A DNA stretch of 64,000 nt from Desulfatiglandales bacterium (GCA_963666345.1 OY762721.1:2048001-2112000); one strand, 5' to 3'; positions 19,123 to 29,630 are shown, numbered from the stretch's first letter. A program made the numbers and translations. The notes: generated by a model from the sequence alone, not told the origin.

Positions 19123-20748
19123 TCACCTTCCCTCACAGAAAAACATGGTCCCTTCATCCCACCCGCTGATTACGGTGGAAGAAGACGCCATTTCAGGGGA
19201 AAGTGACTTTATACAGCTTTCCGCGCTCTGCTCGGATATAAAACTTTCATTGACAATGACCACGCTCTTTACACCCTCCCTGCTGTTCCAGTAGGGTACC
19301 AACCGTAAGGCAGGTACACGCGGCCTGTTTCTTATAATTTCATAGGAGCCTTCCAATGATTTTCCGCCTGACAGGCAAACCCAGTTGCCCGCACCTGAAA
19401 ATGCCCGGCCTTTCAAAACAACCGCCGGCAGGTTCACTACCTGGCCCACCTCTATCCTGTCCAGGTTTCTTATGTGGGGGTTGGCCTTTGAAACCGCGTC
19501 AAGATAATCTGGCCTGAAACTGCCGTATATGTTCGAGATGATTCGGCTGGCGATATCTCCCCTTTTGACTATGATCCTGCCTATCATCTCCGGCACAACA
19601 GCCGATGTTTTTTCCACTCCCTCCGGTTTACCGCCCGAAGGCCCGCTTTTTTCGGCAAAAGGGTCAGGCAGTGGAGTTACCGCCGCCTCTACCCTCTTTG
19701 CCCCTGAGGAAGCTGGAGTCAAATCGGCTGTGTCGTCATATGAGGCAGGCACCTTTGCTTCAGGCGCGCCGGCTATCTCCTTTACAACCACCTGGCCTGC
19801 CTTTTTCTCCCCGCTCCAGGGCATCCTGATACCGTACGGAGGCGGAACCATGTTTATTATGGCCCATGTAAACAGCGCGCACGCCCCCGCCGTTACAAAA
19901 GACCACCTGAGCCTTTTTGCCCCTGTTGAACCGTCTCTTTTGACGCATGAGCGCACAAGCGACCAGGTTACCTTTGACCTGTTCTGAATGATAAGGCTCA
20001 ATACGATCTTGTGGCACAGATGGATTATCTTTCTGGGATAGCCCCCTGTAGCCCTGTAAATGTAGACAAACGCCGGATAGGTGAACCTGACGGCGGTCCT
20101 GTCCCTCCTGCTCGCCCTTTTGAGGCGGAACCGGATCATATCCCCGGCATCCCTGAAATCGAGCGCCTTCAGATAGTGCAGGAGATTTATCCTGTCGCTG
20201 AAATTCGGTATCTGCTCAATGGTTGACTCGAATTCGCTCTGGGCGAATATCACTATCTGCAGGAGCTTGTACTCATTGGTCTCGTAGTTTAAGAATTCCC
20301 TCAAAAGCTCGAGGCAGAAACCGGGTATCTTCTGGCCTTCATCGATAATCAGGACGACCGTCTTTTTATCGTCAACACCCCTTTCAAAGAGGTACTTTTT
20401 TATGGCCTCCTTGAGCTGCCATTCACCCCGGGTTTCTTCTTCCCCGTACCTGCCGAACATACCGGCGACCGCACGAAGGAAATCAATGGGAGAGCCGAAC
20501 GCCGGATCAAATATCAGGTGGGTCTCGATCCTGTCATCTGTGGCGAATCTCTGTATGAGCTGCCTGCACAGGGTGGTCTTTCCGGTTCCCACCCTGCCCA
20601 GCACCACATTGAGCCCGCGCTTGAGCCGGAGGGCCACTTCAAGCTTCTGAAGACAGTCCAGGTGCTGGCGGGACTGGAAAAAAAACGCGGGGTCGGGAGA
20701 GTTTGAAAAGGGCTCCCGACTGAAATCAAGGATCTTGTAGTAGTCCAT
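19123..20748 (-). CDS. ExeA/GspA-like AAA ATPase with a TM helix and C-terminal LysM-like domain
   Basis: REPFSNSPDP, GRVGTGKTT, IIDEGQ, GGYPRKI; VKRGD...NPHIRNLDRIEVGQ LysM-like. Confidence 0.85.
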   Translation of the reverse strand: MDYYKILDFSREPFSNSPDPAFFFQSRQHLDCLQKLEVALRLKRGLNVVLGRVGTGKTTLCRQLIQRFATDDRIETHLIFDPAFGSPIDFLRAVAGMFGRYGEEETRGEWQLKEAIKKYLFERGVDDKKTVVLIIDEGQKIPGFCLELLREFLNYETNEYKLLQIVIFAQSEFESTIEQIPNFSDRINLLHYLKALDFRDAGDMIRFRLKRASRRDRTAVRFTYPAFVYIYRATGGYPRKIIHLCHKIVLSLIIQNRSKVTWSLVRSCVKRDGSTGAKRLRWSFVTAGACALFTWAIINMVPPPYGIRMPWSGEKKAGQVVVKEIAGAPEAKVPASYDDTADLTPASSGAKRVEAAVTPLPDPFAEKSGPSGGKPEGVEKTSAVVPEMIGRIIVKRGDIASRIISNIYGSFRPDYLDAVSKANPHIRNLDRIEVGQVVNLPAVVLKGRAFSGAGNWVCLSGGKSLEGSYEIIRNRPRVPALRLVPYWNSREGVKSVVIVNESFISEQSAESCIKSLSPEMASSSTVISGWDEGTMFFCEGR

Positions 20749-20758
20749 AACTCAAATA

Positions 20759-20963
20759 TGACGGCTTCGTAGAAAGTCCAACTGCTGCGTTATGCTTCAT
20801 CCTCGCCCTGTTAAATTCTCGCTGAGCGAGACGGCCTAGCCGATTGAACAGGGTGAATCATTGCGGCGTACTTTAGGTACGCCTCATTCCTAAAGCTTTG
20901 CAAGCCTTGCATTTGAACTTTCTACTGTGCCGTCTCAATTTTGACTTGTTAGGATGTCATCAA
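20759..20963. mobile_element. REP/MITE-like palindromic element (~205 bp)
   Basis: Left end GACGGCTTCGTAGAAAGT pairs imperfectly with ACTTTCTACTGTGCCGTC; internal hairpins; TCAAATAT repeated at both ends. Confidence 0.7.
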
Positions 20964-20995
20964 ATATCGACGATCCGGTATAGGCCCCCCGGGAC

Positions 20996-22625
20996 CTAGT
21001 TTCTGGCGCTTAACCGCTTTTTCAGGATATAAGGGGTGATAAAGACGAGCACCTCTTCCATCTTGGCCGAAGTTGACTCGGAGCTGAAAAGCTTGCCCAT
21101 GATAGGTATATCCCTCAGCCACGGGACACCGGCATCGTTGTCAAACTCGGTCTTCTTGGTCAGCCCTGAAATCACTATGGTCTCACCGTCCTCCACTATA
21201 AGGGTGGTCTCCGTCTGCTTTCTGATTATGTAGGGGTTTCCCAGGACCGTGCGGCTGTCATCCACCTCGTCCTTTTTGACAAGCACCTTCATCTTGAGTT
21301 TATGTCCCTCGATTATGTGGGGGGTGATCTCAAGCCTCAAGACCGCGTCTTCAAACTCGACCTCCTGGTCCCCCTCGGTCATCGATGGTGACAAACGGGA
21401 CCTTTTCCCCGTTTTCCGTGTAGGCCATCTGGTTGTCAAGCGTGGATATGGAGGGGCTGGACAGAATCTTGACCTTGCCTTCTTCCTGAAGTGCCTGGAG
21501 CTGCATCTCAAGTATGCTCCCTCCGATCCTTCCGAACATCAGGCCGAGGGAACCCGCACCCATCGCGTCGGTTACGTCGATCGGGAAATTGGACGCATAT
21601 CCCTGTCCGCTTATGCCGGAGGGCCCGTAATACGGGCTGTAGTTTCCGCCCTTGACCGTGTTGTCGGCCGGATCAGCGCTTCCGCTAGAACCTCCGGGGG
21701 TGAGATACACCTGGTCGCCGCTGACGGTGCCTGCAAACGCGCCTCCCCATCTCACGCCCAAGGCGCGCGCCGTGTCCTTGGTGGTCTCAACGATATTGGC
21801 CTGTATCCGGATCTGGAGGGTGGGCCTGTCGAGCTGCTCCACAAGACTTATCATCTTTGACATGTCTTCCATTGTGGCGTTTACGATAAGGGCGTTGTTG
21901 TGCTCATCCACCGTCACCAGCGGTTCCCCGGCCATGAACTGTTCGACACCCTTTTTGTCGTCTTTGCCCTCACCGCCGGTTTTCTGAAGAAGCAGCTTTG
22001 AGAGATTGTCGCTCAATTTCTTGGCATCCGCGTAATGGATCGGGATTATCCTGGTAAGAAGTGGTTTCAGCCTCTTTATCTCCCTTTCCTGGGCCTCCCT
22101 TTCCTTTTCAACCGTCTTTATCTCAAGATCGTACTTCATGTCGCTTATGGACATCACGCGTATTATGTCGCCCTCCCAGGAATAGGTGAGCCCGCGTGTG
22201 CTCAGGATCGCCTTGAACACCTCGTCCCACGGCGCCTGACTGACGTTTATGTTGGTAACCCCTTTTACCCCCTCGTTCATCATGATGTTCTGACCCGCGC
22301 TTCTGGCAAGCGCCCGCAAAATCACGTTTACGTCGGTATTGCGCATGGTCATGGTGACCTTTGTCCTGGGAAGGGGCTTTTGAGGCTTGATCTTCTTTAC
22401 CTTGATCTCGGAAGGCTCTTTTCTCTCGGGAAGATCGATTTTCCGGGAAGAGGCCTCAGGTGAATGACCCCACGACTCGTCAGCCATCTTCTGCCATTTC
22501 TCGAAAAAGGGGTCCTCCTTTTTTGCCTGTTTTTCCCACGTGCAAGAGGAAAAAACAAAAATAAGGCCTGAAATGACGCAGGCTGACAAGAGGAACCTAC
22601 TCCTGGATCTGATAATTGACGCCAT
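20996..22625 (-). pseudogene. pilQ: Type IV pilus secretin PilQ with a 1-nt frameshift near 21370-21378 (real or sequencing error)
   Basis: Lipoprotein-like N-terminus and secretin N domains in 21351-22625; secretin C-terminus (LEITPH...GETIVISGL...GVPWLRDIPIMG) continues in a different frame. Confidence 0.85.
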
Positions 22626-22637
22626 AATCTATTTCCC

Positions 22638-23141
22638 CTATAAAATTTCTTCTTCCATTGGAACGATTGTCTGTTGCTGTTTTCCCTTTGCCCCGATCAC
22701 AAGCTTGTTTGAGTCTATGCTCAGGAGCATGAATCCTCCGGGCTCCAATTCCTCACCCTGCTCGTACTCGAGTCCGTTTATAATGGCCATCTTCTTTTTA
22801 CCCACATTCATGAACCCTGAATAGGTAAAGGCCGGAAACTGGATATTCTCTTCCTTTTTTTGTGCCTCAGCCGCTATGTCGGCAAGCTCGGTCCAGAGAA
22901 AAGGGTCCTTTCCCCACTTATCTTCCGCCCCCGCTATGACATAGGATTCATTCGGTTTTAGACTGCGCGAGCCCATGTCCACGGACACCGTGCCCACAAA
23001 GGACATCAGTTCATCCCTGGCGGCCTTGGCGACATCGACCTTTGCCTTTTCCTTGCCCGATGAGGAAAAAAGCATGTAAAGCCCGCCCGCAATCACCGCG
23101 ACTGCGGCAATGGCTATGATTATTTTTTCTCTTTTATTCAT
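22638..23141 (-). CDS. PilP/GspB-like pilus assembly protein
   Basis: N-terminal TM, DPF motif, MAIINGLEYEQGE; position between pilO and pilQ. Confidence 0.65.
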   Translation of the reverse strand: MNKREKIIIAIAAVAVIAGGLYMLFSSSGKEKAKVDVAKAARDELMSFVGTVSVDMGSRSLKPNESYVIAGAEDKWGKDPFLWTELADIAAEAQKKEENIQFPAFTYSGFMNVGKKKMAIINGLEYEQGEELEPGGFMLLSIDSNKLVIGAKGKQQQTIVPMEEEIL

Positions 23142-23175
23142 GAGATACCCTTGATTCCTGCTTGATGAATAGGGA

Positions 23176-23715
23176 TTAAGACTCCAGGAAGACCCAGAAC
23201 TTGACCTTGAATTCACGGTCGCCCGGTGTCTGATATATCCTTACCAGCTCCACCTCTTCAAGGAAAGGCAGGCCGCCCGTTTCCCTCAAAAAGGCCTGAA
23301 AGTCTTCGAAACTGCCCTTACACTGCGCGCTCACCAGCATCCGGCCTTTTTTCTCACCGAGCGACCCGACGTCCGGGGCGATCCCGATATCCCGCATTCC
23401 GGTCTTTGAGGCGATCTGTTTGAAGGCGGATGAAATCCTTTCTATTTCTTTCCTGGGAATCATCTCCTTTTCAGGTAAAGGGAGGTTTCCTATGCTTTTT
23501 TTGTCAAGTTCGGTCTTAAGCTTGGTGTAGATAGGCTTCAGGGTCTGATGCTCTTCCACCCGCATTTCCAGTTTCGCGACCCTCGAATCAAGGACCTTTA
23601 TGGAGTTGTGCCTCGGATATACGAGGAAAAAGAGTGCCGCCGCAAGGACCACCAGGAATATGACTATATTGCGCAGGGTGTCGGCATGCATTTTAATGGA
23701 TTTTTTTTCGGCCAT
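23176..23715 (-). CDS. pilO: PilO-like pilus assembly protein
   Basis: TM + coiled coil + GSFEDFQAFL ferredoxin-like motif; operon position. Confidence 0.7.
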   Translation of the reverse strand: MAEKKSIKMHADTLRNIVIFLVVLAAALFFLVYPRHNSIKVLDSRVAKLEMRVEEHQTLKPIYTKLKTELDKKSIGNLPLPEKEMIPRKEIERISSAFKQIASKTGMRDIGIAPDVGSLGEKKGRMLVSAQCKGSFEDFQAFLRETGGLPFLEEVELVRIYQTPGDREFKVKFWVFLES

Positions 23716-23720
23716 CTGGG

Positions 23721-25676
23721 CTATTCCTCAATATCGAGTTTCAATTCAAAGCTTAGGGCCTCGCCTTTGACCGTATTTTTAAATGCGGTCTTTTCAACTT
23801 TGGGCCTTCCGAAAAGCCGGCAGTCTTCAAGGTTGATCACATAGGTGGTGAGGGCCTGATCATACGATTTCGCAGACCCGAAAACAAAACCGGTGATATC
23901 GACTCTCCTGGCCTTGCCCCCCCCCTTTTTCCCTTTCTCATTATTCTGCTTGTCCTGCCCTTTTTGCTCCGACTTGAATATACATTCCGCGCTCGTTAGC
24001 TTGATGCTCGGAGGGGTTCTCTTTGTTATCTCATTTATCACGGAAATGGGTCCGTATTTTTTTATGTACTCCCTTGCTGCCGCCTGCTTCTTTTTTACCT
24101 TGGCCGACATGCGGCTTATCAGGTCCTTGTTTATCACCACTTCATACTGATTGAGCCTGGCGTTGAGCGCGGCGGCCTGGTCCTCTTTCTGAGACTCTAT
24201 GCGGCCCTGCCAGAGGTAATAACCCAGGACTGCTATAAGCAGGACGGAAAAACCGACCCTTATTCTCCTGTTAAGGGCCTTCTTTCTTTCAACCGCATCC
24301 CTTGCCTCATGGGTAAAGTTGAGATTGGGGGTGCGTGATTCGTCTGAAAGAGCGATCCCTGTGGCCACGGTATACCTGATTCTCTCGCTCAGGGAACGGG
24401 GAGGAAGCTTTATCCCCAGGAAGGGATTTTCGGAATCCATGGGATCGAGAATGCCCCTGTCGATCCCCAGCTGCTCACCGATATAATCGATTATCGGTCG
24501 ATAGCCCTCTATTCCGCCTGCCACAAATATCTTGTCGACCCGTTCGTTTCCAAGAACATTGGTGTAATGCTCGAAAGTCCTCTCAGCCTGCCTTATAAGC
24601 CTTTCAAGGGCGGGCCCTATAAACTCGATCACCTCTTCGTCACTGAAACTCAAACGGTGAGGGGGTGCCTCCGAGTCGGGAGACAGGGCATTAAGGATAC
24701 CCCTTGCCTCGTCGAAATTCAAAGGCGATATGTCTGCGGGGATTTCATCGGGAGTAACCTCAAGATCCCCTTCCGCATCAAGATCACCCAGAGAGAACTG
24801 CTCTTCCCGGTCTGAAAGATCAATGGAAGGCCCTGCCGCAAGCTTATCGTTATATGCCTCCACAAAGGACTGGATCATGCTGTTAAGCCCTGTCTTTATA
24901 TCCCTTGTAAGGACGAGATTTCCTTCCGAGAAGATATCTATGCGGGACCAGTCTCTTCCTATGTAAAGGCTTCCGACCGCACCGGTTCCGGTCTCCAGCC
25001 AGCCGGTCTTAAAGAGGTTCTGGTTGGCAAAGGGTGTAATGGAGATTCCTTCCAGCTCGATCCCTGCCCTGGAAAAAATTCCGTTTATCTCCTTTACCTC
25101 ACTTTTGGGGGCTGTGTACACAAGCACGGCCAGCTTGGGTATCCCCTTTTCCATGACCTCCTTCTGGACCTGGAAATCGAGGAACTTCTCTTTCTCATCA
25201 AAAGGGTGGTCCTTCTTAACGGTCCAGTAAACCGCATTTGCCACCTGGCCTTTTGAGATCTTGGGTATCAGGATATTGTACACATCGACATTGGCAGCGG
25301 AAAGAGAACTCCAGATGCTTACGTTTTTAAGAGACCCGTTGAAGCTGACAAGCGCGTTTTTCAGGAATTTGGCAAACTGCGGAGAACTCCTTATGAGATC
25401 TCCCTCATAGGGGACCTTTTGATAATCGAGCAGCTCCCAGCGCCTTTCAGAGGACTGCTTCACCTTTACAAGCCTCAGGGCCTCAGGCCCCAGGTCCACG
25501 CCGATGGTAACCCCCTTTTTCAATGAAAGGATCTTTCCCTTGGGCGTTTTTCTTTTCTTTGGGATTGATGTTTGGGGGGGCTGGGCATCCGTTTCCACCT
25601 CCGGGGGGGAGGATTCAGGAGAACGGATGGCATCCAGAAGTTTTTCAGTGGAAGTGATCTCGTCTTTTTTGGGCAA
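23721..25676 (-). CDS. pilM: PilM-PilN fusion pilus assembly protein
   Basis: IGVDLG actin-like start, IFVAGG, then PNL..TM..coiled coil PilN-like C-terminus. Confidence 0.75.
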   Translation of the reverse strand: MPKKDEITSTEKLLDAIRSPESSPPEVETDAQPPQTSIPKKRKTPKGKILSLKKGVTIGVDLGPEALRLVKVKQSSERRWELLDYQKVPYEGDLIRSSPQFAKFLKNALVSFNGSLKNVSIWSSLSAANVDVYNILIPKISKGQVANAVYWTVKKDHPFDEKEKFLDFQVQKEVMEKGIPKLAVLVYTAPKSEVKEINGIFSRAGIELEGISITPFANQNLFKTGWLETGTGAVGSLYIGRDWSRIDIFSEGNLVLTRDIKTGLNSMIQSFVEAYNDKLAAGPSIDLSDREEQFSLGDLDAEGDLEVTPDEIPADISPLNFDEARGILNALSPDSEAPPHRLSFSDEEVIEFIGPALERLIRQAERTFEHYTNVLGNERVDKIFVAGGIEGYRPIIDYIGEQLGIDRGILDPMDSENPFLGIKLPPRSLSERIRYTVATGIALSDESRTPNLNFTHEARDAVERKKALNRRIRVGFSVLLIAVLGYYLWQGRIESQKEDQAAALNARLNQYEVVINKDLISRMSAKVKKKQAAAREYIKKYGPISVINEITKRTPPSIKLTSAECIFKSEQKGQDKQNNEKGKKGGGKARRVDITGFVFGSAKSYDQALTTYVINLEDCRLFGRPKVEKTAFKNTVKGEALSFELKLDIEE

Positions 25677-25843
25677 AACAGGGCTCCTGATTAAAAGGCT
25701 TTTTGACTAATTAAACACACAAAAGATTAGGGCGCCAAAAGAAATATCATGACTGAAAAAATCATATCCCCTGTTCATGTCTGAAACGATATGATACGGA
25801 AAAGATAATATATTTTATATATATATATAAATTAATCAATATA

Positions 25844-25872
25844 ATTAAAGGACTAAAACATCGATTTGTCAA
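25844..25872 (-). promoter_or_regulatory. sigma70-like promoter for the pilMNOPQ operon
   Basis: TTGACA-17 nt-TTTAAT on the minus strand. Confidence 0.55.
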
Positions 25873-25909
25873 CACTTTTCTGGCTTTACTGTCCAAAAGC
25901 AACCCTTTT

Positions 25910-27619
25910 TCACTTCTTTTTGCCAATTTTATCTTCAACGTTCATGAACCTTCTGCACATCTTCACATAACCGGAGGCAACAGGCGAACCCCTGAAAGGC
26001 AAGAGATCTTCCAATGCTTCTGTCCATTTGTCAACATTGAAATAACTGATGCCCCTGCATATTTTAAGATCAACGCTTTCGGGAAAAACTTTTATCCCCT
26101 CTGAGAGGGCCTCGATTGAACCTTTGAAATCACCTCTTCTCTGAAGCACGGTTCCAAGGCCCAGGTAGGCACGGTGATCCTTGGAAAAGGAAAGAGCGCG
26201 CCTGAAAAGCTTCTCCGCGGCGGCATCCGAGTCCCTCACTTCACTGATTGCCGAATAGTCACCATGGCTGAAGGTAAGGCCGAGCCTTGAGAGGAAATCG
26301 GCGTGCAGGGCATCCATTCCCCTGTCTTCAACAAGCACCAGTTTTTCCGCGAAATCACTCAGGCTATGAAAATAATATTCCCTGAGGACCGCACCGAATT
26401 CCAGGACCCGGTCCTTTGAAAGCGCGCCGTCAGACTCGAAATACATGATATCCTCGATACGGTTCAGCCATATATCATCCGTGAATTTCTTATTCTTCTT
26501 TATGTCCTCATAAAGTTCGGTTCCGGGAAAAAGATCCAGGATGTAAAACACGGCCGCGAGCGGCTTTATCTCCTCTATAAGGGAAAGGGTCTGTTGTACC
26601 GTATCAGATGTTTCGCCGGGCGAGCCGTATATGATATACGCACGCGCGAGTATACCAAAACTTTGCGTAAGAAAAAAGGCATTTCTTATATCCTGTCTCT
26701 TGAGATTTTTTTTCAGTACACTGTTTCTTATCGTCTCGGAGCCGCTTTCCACCCCGTAGCTGATCTGTATGCACCCCGCCTTTCTCATCCAGAACAGCAG
26801 CTCTTCATCAACATAGTCGACACGCGATATGGCGGACCAGCTTATGGCAAGCCCCCTTTCAATGATCCCCCTGCAGATCTCTATGGCCCTTGCCCTGTTT
26901 ATGGTAAAGGTGTCATCGGAAAAATAGAAAAAAGACACACCCCTTTTGAAGAGCAGCTCCAGCTGCCCGACAAAGTATTCCGGAGAATGAAATCTTACCC
27001 TGTTTCCCCAGAACCTGGGGGACCCGCAAAATGAACAGCGGTTCGGGCAGCCACGGCTTGAACAGACATGCTGGTAATCAAAATATCCGGAAGGAACCGG
27101 CAGGGTGTCGAGATCCTCTATAAAAGGGGCATCCTCCGTCTTTATGATCCTGCCCTCTTTTCTGAAGGCGATTCCCTTGATTTCATCAAGAATGCAGGAA
27201 GACCTGTCTTCAACCCATCTGGCAATATCGAGAAAGGCGTATTCACCCTCTCCCAGGACAACCACGTCCACCTGCATGAAATTTTTCAGAAAAAGCTCAT
27301 ACAAGAACGTGGCCCCCACCCCGCCGAAGACCACCTTTACCCCGGGATCTATCTCTTTTGCGATTCCTGCTATCTCAAGGCCGCCCCACCTGTTGGCGTT
27401 TAAAATGGAAATACCGATCAGGGAAGGCCTTTGCTCAAGGAGTTGTTCCCTTATTAGATCAGGCCGCTCTCTCATACCGTGGCAGTTCAGGATATCCGTT
27501 TCAAAACCGTTTTCCTTAAGGAGTGCGCCTATATAGTAGAGGCCTATGGGAGGCACCCGGACATCTTCTTCCTGGAGCCTGTCTTCGAGGCAGTATGGGT
27601 ATATGAGGAGTGTTTTCAT
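25910..27619 (-). CDS. Cobalamin-binding radical SAM protein with C-terminal TPR
   Basis: PPIGLYYI..L B12-binding N-terminus; SRGCPNRCSFC CxxxCxxC; YGVESGS. Confidence 0.9.
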   Translation of the reverse strand: MKTLLIYPYCLEDRLQEEDVRVPPIGLYYIGALLKENGFETDILNCHGMRERPDLIREQLLEQRPSLIGISILNANRWGGLEIAGIAKEIDPGVKVVFGGVGATFLYELFLKNFMQVDVVVLGEGEYAFLDIARWVEDRSSCILDEIKGIAFRKEGRIIKTEDAPFIEDLDTLPVPSGYFDYQHVCSSRGCPNRCSFCGSPRFWGNRVRFHSPEYFVGQLELLFKRGVSFFYFSDDTFTINRARAIEICRGIIERGLAISWSAISRVDYVDEELLFWMRKAGCIQISYGVESGSETIRNSVLKKNLKRQDIRNAFFLTQSFGILARAYIIYGSPGETSDTVQQTLSLIEEIKPLAAVFYILDLFPGTELYEDIKKNKKFTDDIWLNRIEDIMYFESDGALSKDRVLEFGAVLREYYFHSLSDFAEKLVLVEDRGMDALHADFLSRLGLTFSHGDYSAISEVRDSDAAAEKLFRRALSFSKDHRAYLGLGTVLQRRGDFKGSIEALSEGIKVFPESVDLKICRGISYFNVDKWTEALEDLLPFRGSPVASGYVKMCRRFMNVEDKIGKKK

Positions 27620-27648
27620 GATGATCTTTTCCCGAACAGCCGGAAGCA

Positions 27649-27693
27649 GGGGTTCATGCGCATGTTATCTTGAAACCCCGACCCCTTGGACCC
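27649..27693. repeat. Minimal (empty) octamer-repeat element
   Basis: ggggttca ... ttgaaacc ccgacccc ttggaccc, the same units as at 16732 and 18608. Confidence 0.5.
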
Positions 27694-27802
27694 TGTCTTC
27701 TTTAACGGTTGAGACCTGAAGGCCGAATACCTATTATTTCTTACCTGGGGAGACGATGACAAGGAGAAAAAAACGGCTCCTCCCTAATGCAACAACAATC
27801 AC

Positions 27803-27830
27803 TTGACATGATATCACAACATAGTATCAT
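27803..27830 (+). promoter_or_regulatory. sigma70-like promoter overlapped by an inverted repeat (candidate HicB operator)
   Basis: TTGACA-16 nt-TATCAT; ATGATA...TATCAT palindrome. Confidence 0.5.
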
Positions 27831-27923
27831 CTTTTTCATAGACCACACCCTGATCGAGTCACAGAAAAGGGTGCCGTAAAATCAGCAAGAAGATTTTTCA
27901 AGGAAACAGGGGCGTTACGATAA
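27831..27923 (+). pseudogene. hicA: Truncated HicA toxin (C-terminal third only)
   Basis: LFHRPHPDRVTEKGAVKSARRFFKETGALR*; in-frame TAG upstream and no start; TAATG overlap with hicB. Confidence 0.75.
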
Positions 27924-28264
27924 TGGAATATAAAGGATATTTCGGGAAAGTTGAATTTGATGATGAGGCGGATATATTTTACGGCGAAGTAATTAACCTG
28001 CGGGATGTAGTCACTTTTCAAGGCGAAACAGTCAAGGAATTACGGAAAGCCTTTTATGACTCTGTTGATGATTATCTCGAACTTTGCGCCGCTCGCGGTG
28101 AGGAACCTGAAAAACCTTATTCCGGAAAGTTCGTGGTTCGGGTTGACCCTGAACTCCACAAAACCATTTCCATACAGGCAAGAAAAAACGGGAAGAGCCT
28201 CAACGCATGGGTTCATGAGGCTTTATCAGAAATTGTAAAAGAGGGGGCGGGGAAAAACCTGTAA
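27923..28264 (+). CDS. hicB: HicB-family antitoxin
   Basis: MEYKGY.G.VEFD...SVDDYLE.C...EPEKPYSGKF.VRVDPELH. Confidence 0.92.
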   Translation: MEYKGYFGKVEFDDEADIFYGEVINLRDVVTFQGETVKELRKAFYDSVDDYLELCAARGEEPEKPYSGKFVVRVDPELHKTISIQARKNGKSLNAWVHEALSEIVKEGAGKNL

Positions 28265-28447
28265 ATATAATACGCCTTGTACATCGCTCCCTGGCGCCTT
28301 ACATGTGACATCCTGCACCGGTGGGCAGGTGTACCAAATTCTTTTACCTTCGTGCCGATACCCGAATTAGACAGTGGTACGGGAAGTAACGGCCGGAAAC
28401 AGCTGTATTGGTTGAAAAAGATATAAGCGGGAAAGGGGCAGAATCTG

Positions 28448-29122
28448 ATGGAAAAAATGGACGCAAGGCTTTCAATTTGTTCGAAATCTTCAAGATATAT
28501 GGAAAAATACCCGGACCTGTCCTTCGGGCTGACTCTCATCAGGGGATGCGTTAACCATGAAAATCCCCCCGGATTTGATCAATATAAGAGGAAACTTTTG
28601 AGAAAGATGCGCAGGCGGGAGAACCTGAATGAAATCACGGAAAGGATTAACGCCTATGACAGCTTTTTCAGCAGTTTCGGGCACGCCTGCCCCCTTCCCC
28701 TTCACCTTAAAAGGACCATCAACAGCGGGTTTCCCAGATACAACCTCATGGTGGACGCCCATTTCATGGCCGAGATGTGCGCGGGCATACTTGTCGCGGT
28801 AACCGACTTTGACAGGTTCAACGGCAACCTTCTGCTGGATGTGGCCTCCGAAGGAGAACGGCTCGCCGCCATGGGCGGAAGAGAAATGACAACAAGGGAA
28901 AACGAGATCGTCCTGAGAGACGAAAAGGAGATTGTCTGTGTTCTCTGCCAGGGGGCGGATGAAAAGACAAGGGTTACGGATGACACCTCAAATGTCCTTT
29001 TCTACGGATATTCGGTTCCGGGGATTGAGCGCATGTTTCTTGAAAAAGGTCTTGCCATAGCAGCCGAGACAATGGCCGGTTTCGGGGGAGGTACGGTTGA
29101 GGGAATTGAGATAATACCCTGA
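28448..29122 (+). CDS. Free-standing B3/B4 (PheRS-beta editing-like) domain protein
   Basis: FPRYNLMVD, D.DRFNG, EIVLRD...KTRVT.DT.NVL motifs. Confidence 0.7.
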   Translation: MEKMDARLSICSKSSRYMEKYPDLSFGLTLIRGCVNHENPPGFDQYKRKLLRKMRRRENLNEITERINAYDSFFSSFGHACPLPLHLKRTINSGFPRYNLMVDAHFMAEMCAGILVAVTDFDRFNGNLLLDVASEGERLAAMGGREMTTRENEIVLRDEKEIVCVLCQGADEKTRVTDDTSNVLFYGYSVPGIERMFLEKGLAIAAETMAGFGGGTVEGIEIIP

Positions 29123-29124
29123 AT

Positions 29125-29197
29125 CACCGGGAATACGTCATCTGCCGCGTTGCCATCGCTCGCTCCTCGGCGCCCTGCATCTAACATATTCCCGGTG
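29125..29197. repeat. REP-like inverted repeat element
   Basis: CACCGGGAATA...TATTCCCGGTG arms; inner CTGCCGCGTT/GCCCTGCAT shared with the 20759 element. Confidence 0.65.
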
Positions 29198-29415
29198 CCC
29201 AGGGATCAGTGGAAATGGGACAGGATTTCGAAGTAAAACCGCTGAAAAAACCAAACCTCAACCTTTGCGTAAGCAGTAAGAGCTTTCCTCTTGGGAAAAT
29301 CGCCATGGGGAAAAACATCCTGTTTTGTCAAGCGAAGCGGGCGGCAAAAAGATGGGGTTTGAGGATTAGAGGGGGGCCTTGGATTTTTTCTACAACAAAA
29401 CTGGAAGAAAAAAAC

Positions 29416-29446
29416 TTGACAAAAACATTTTCATTGAATTAATAGT
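29416..29446 (+). promoter_or_regulatory. sigma70-like promoter for the cimA-leuA-ilv leader
   Basis: TTGACA at 29416 followed ~17-18 nt later by an AT-rich (T)TAATAG. Confidence 0.45.
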
Positions 29447-29496
29447 AGTTCTTTAGCTTTTATTAATTTATTTTAAACCGGGTATAATCTGAGATC

Positions 29497-29613
29497 ATGT
29501 TCTCAATCGCAAAAAATATTATAGTCATTATCAACGCGGCAGGGATACTTATATCCTTGTTGCTTCTCCTTGTTGGGGTCAAAATAAAACGACCGGGCCT
29601 GATAATGACATAG
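29497..29613 (+). CDS. Ile/Leu/Val-rich attenuation leader peptide (38 aa)
   Basis: MFSIAKNIIVIINAAGILISLLLLLVGVKIKRPGLIMT*: 9 Ile, 7 Leu, 3 Val; followed by a terminator. Confidence 0.8.
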   Translation: MFSIAKNIIVIINAAGILISLLLLLVGVKIKRPGLIMT

Positions 29614-29630
29614 TTACCGATAGAAACCAC

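Noticed and set aside
25814..25830. (AT)n microsatellite as a phase-variation switch for pilM
   Set aside because: Short, lies downstream of the predicted -10 in an AT-rich leader, and there is no evidence of variability.
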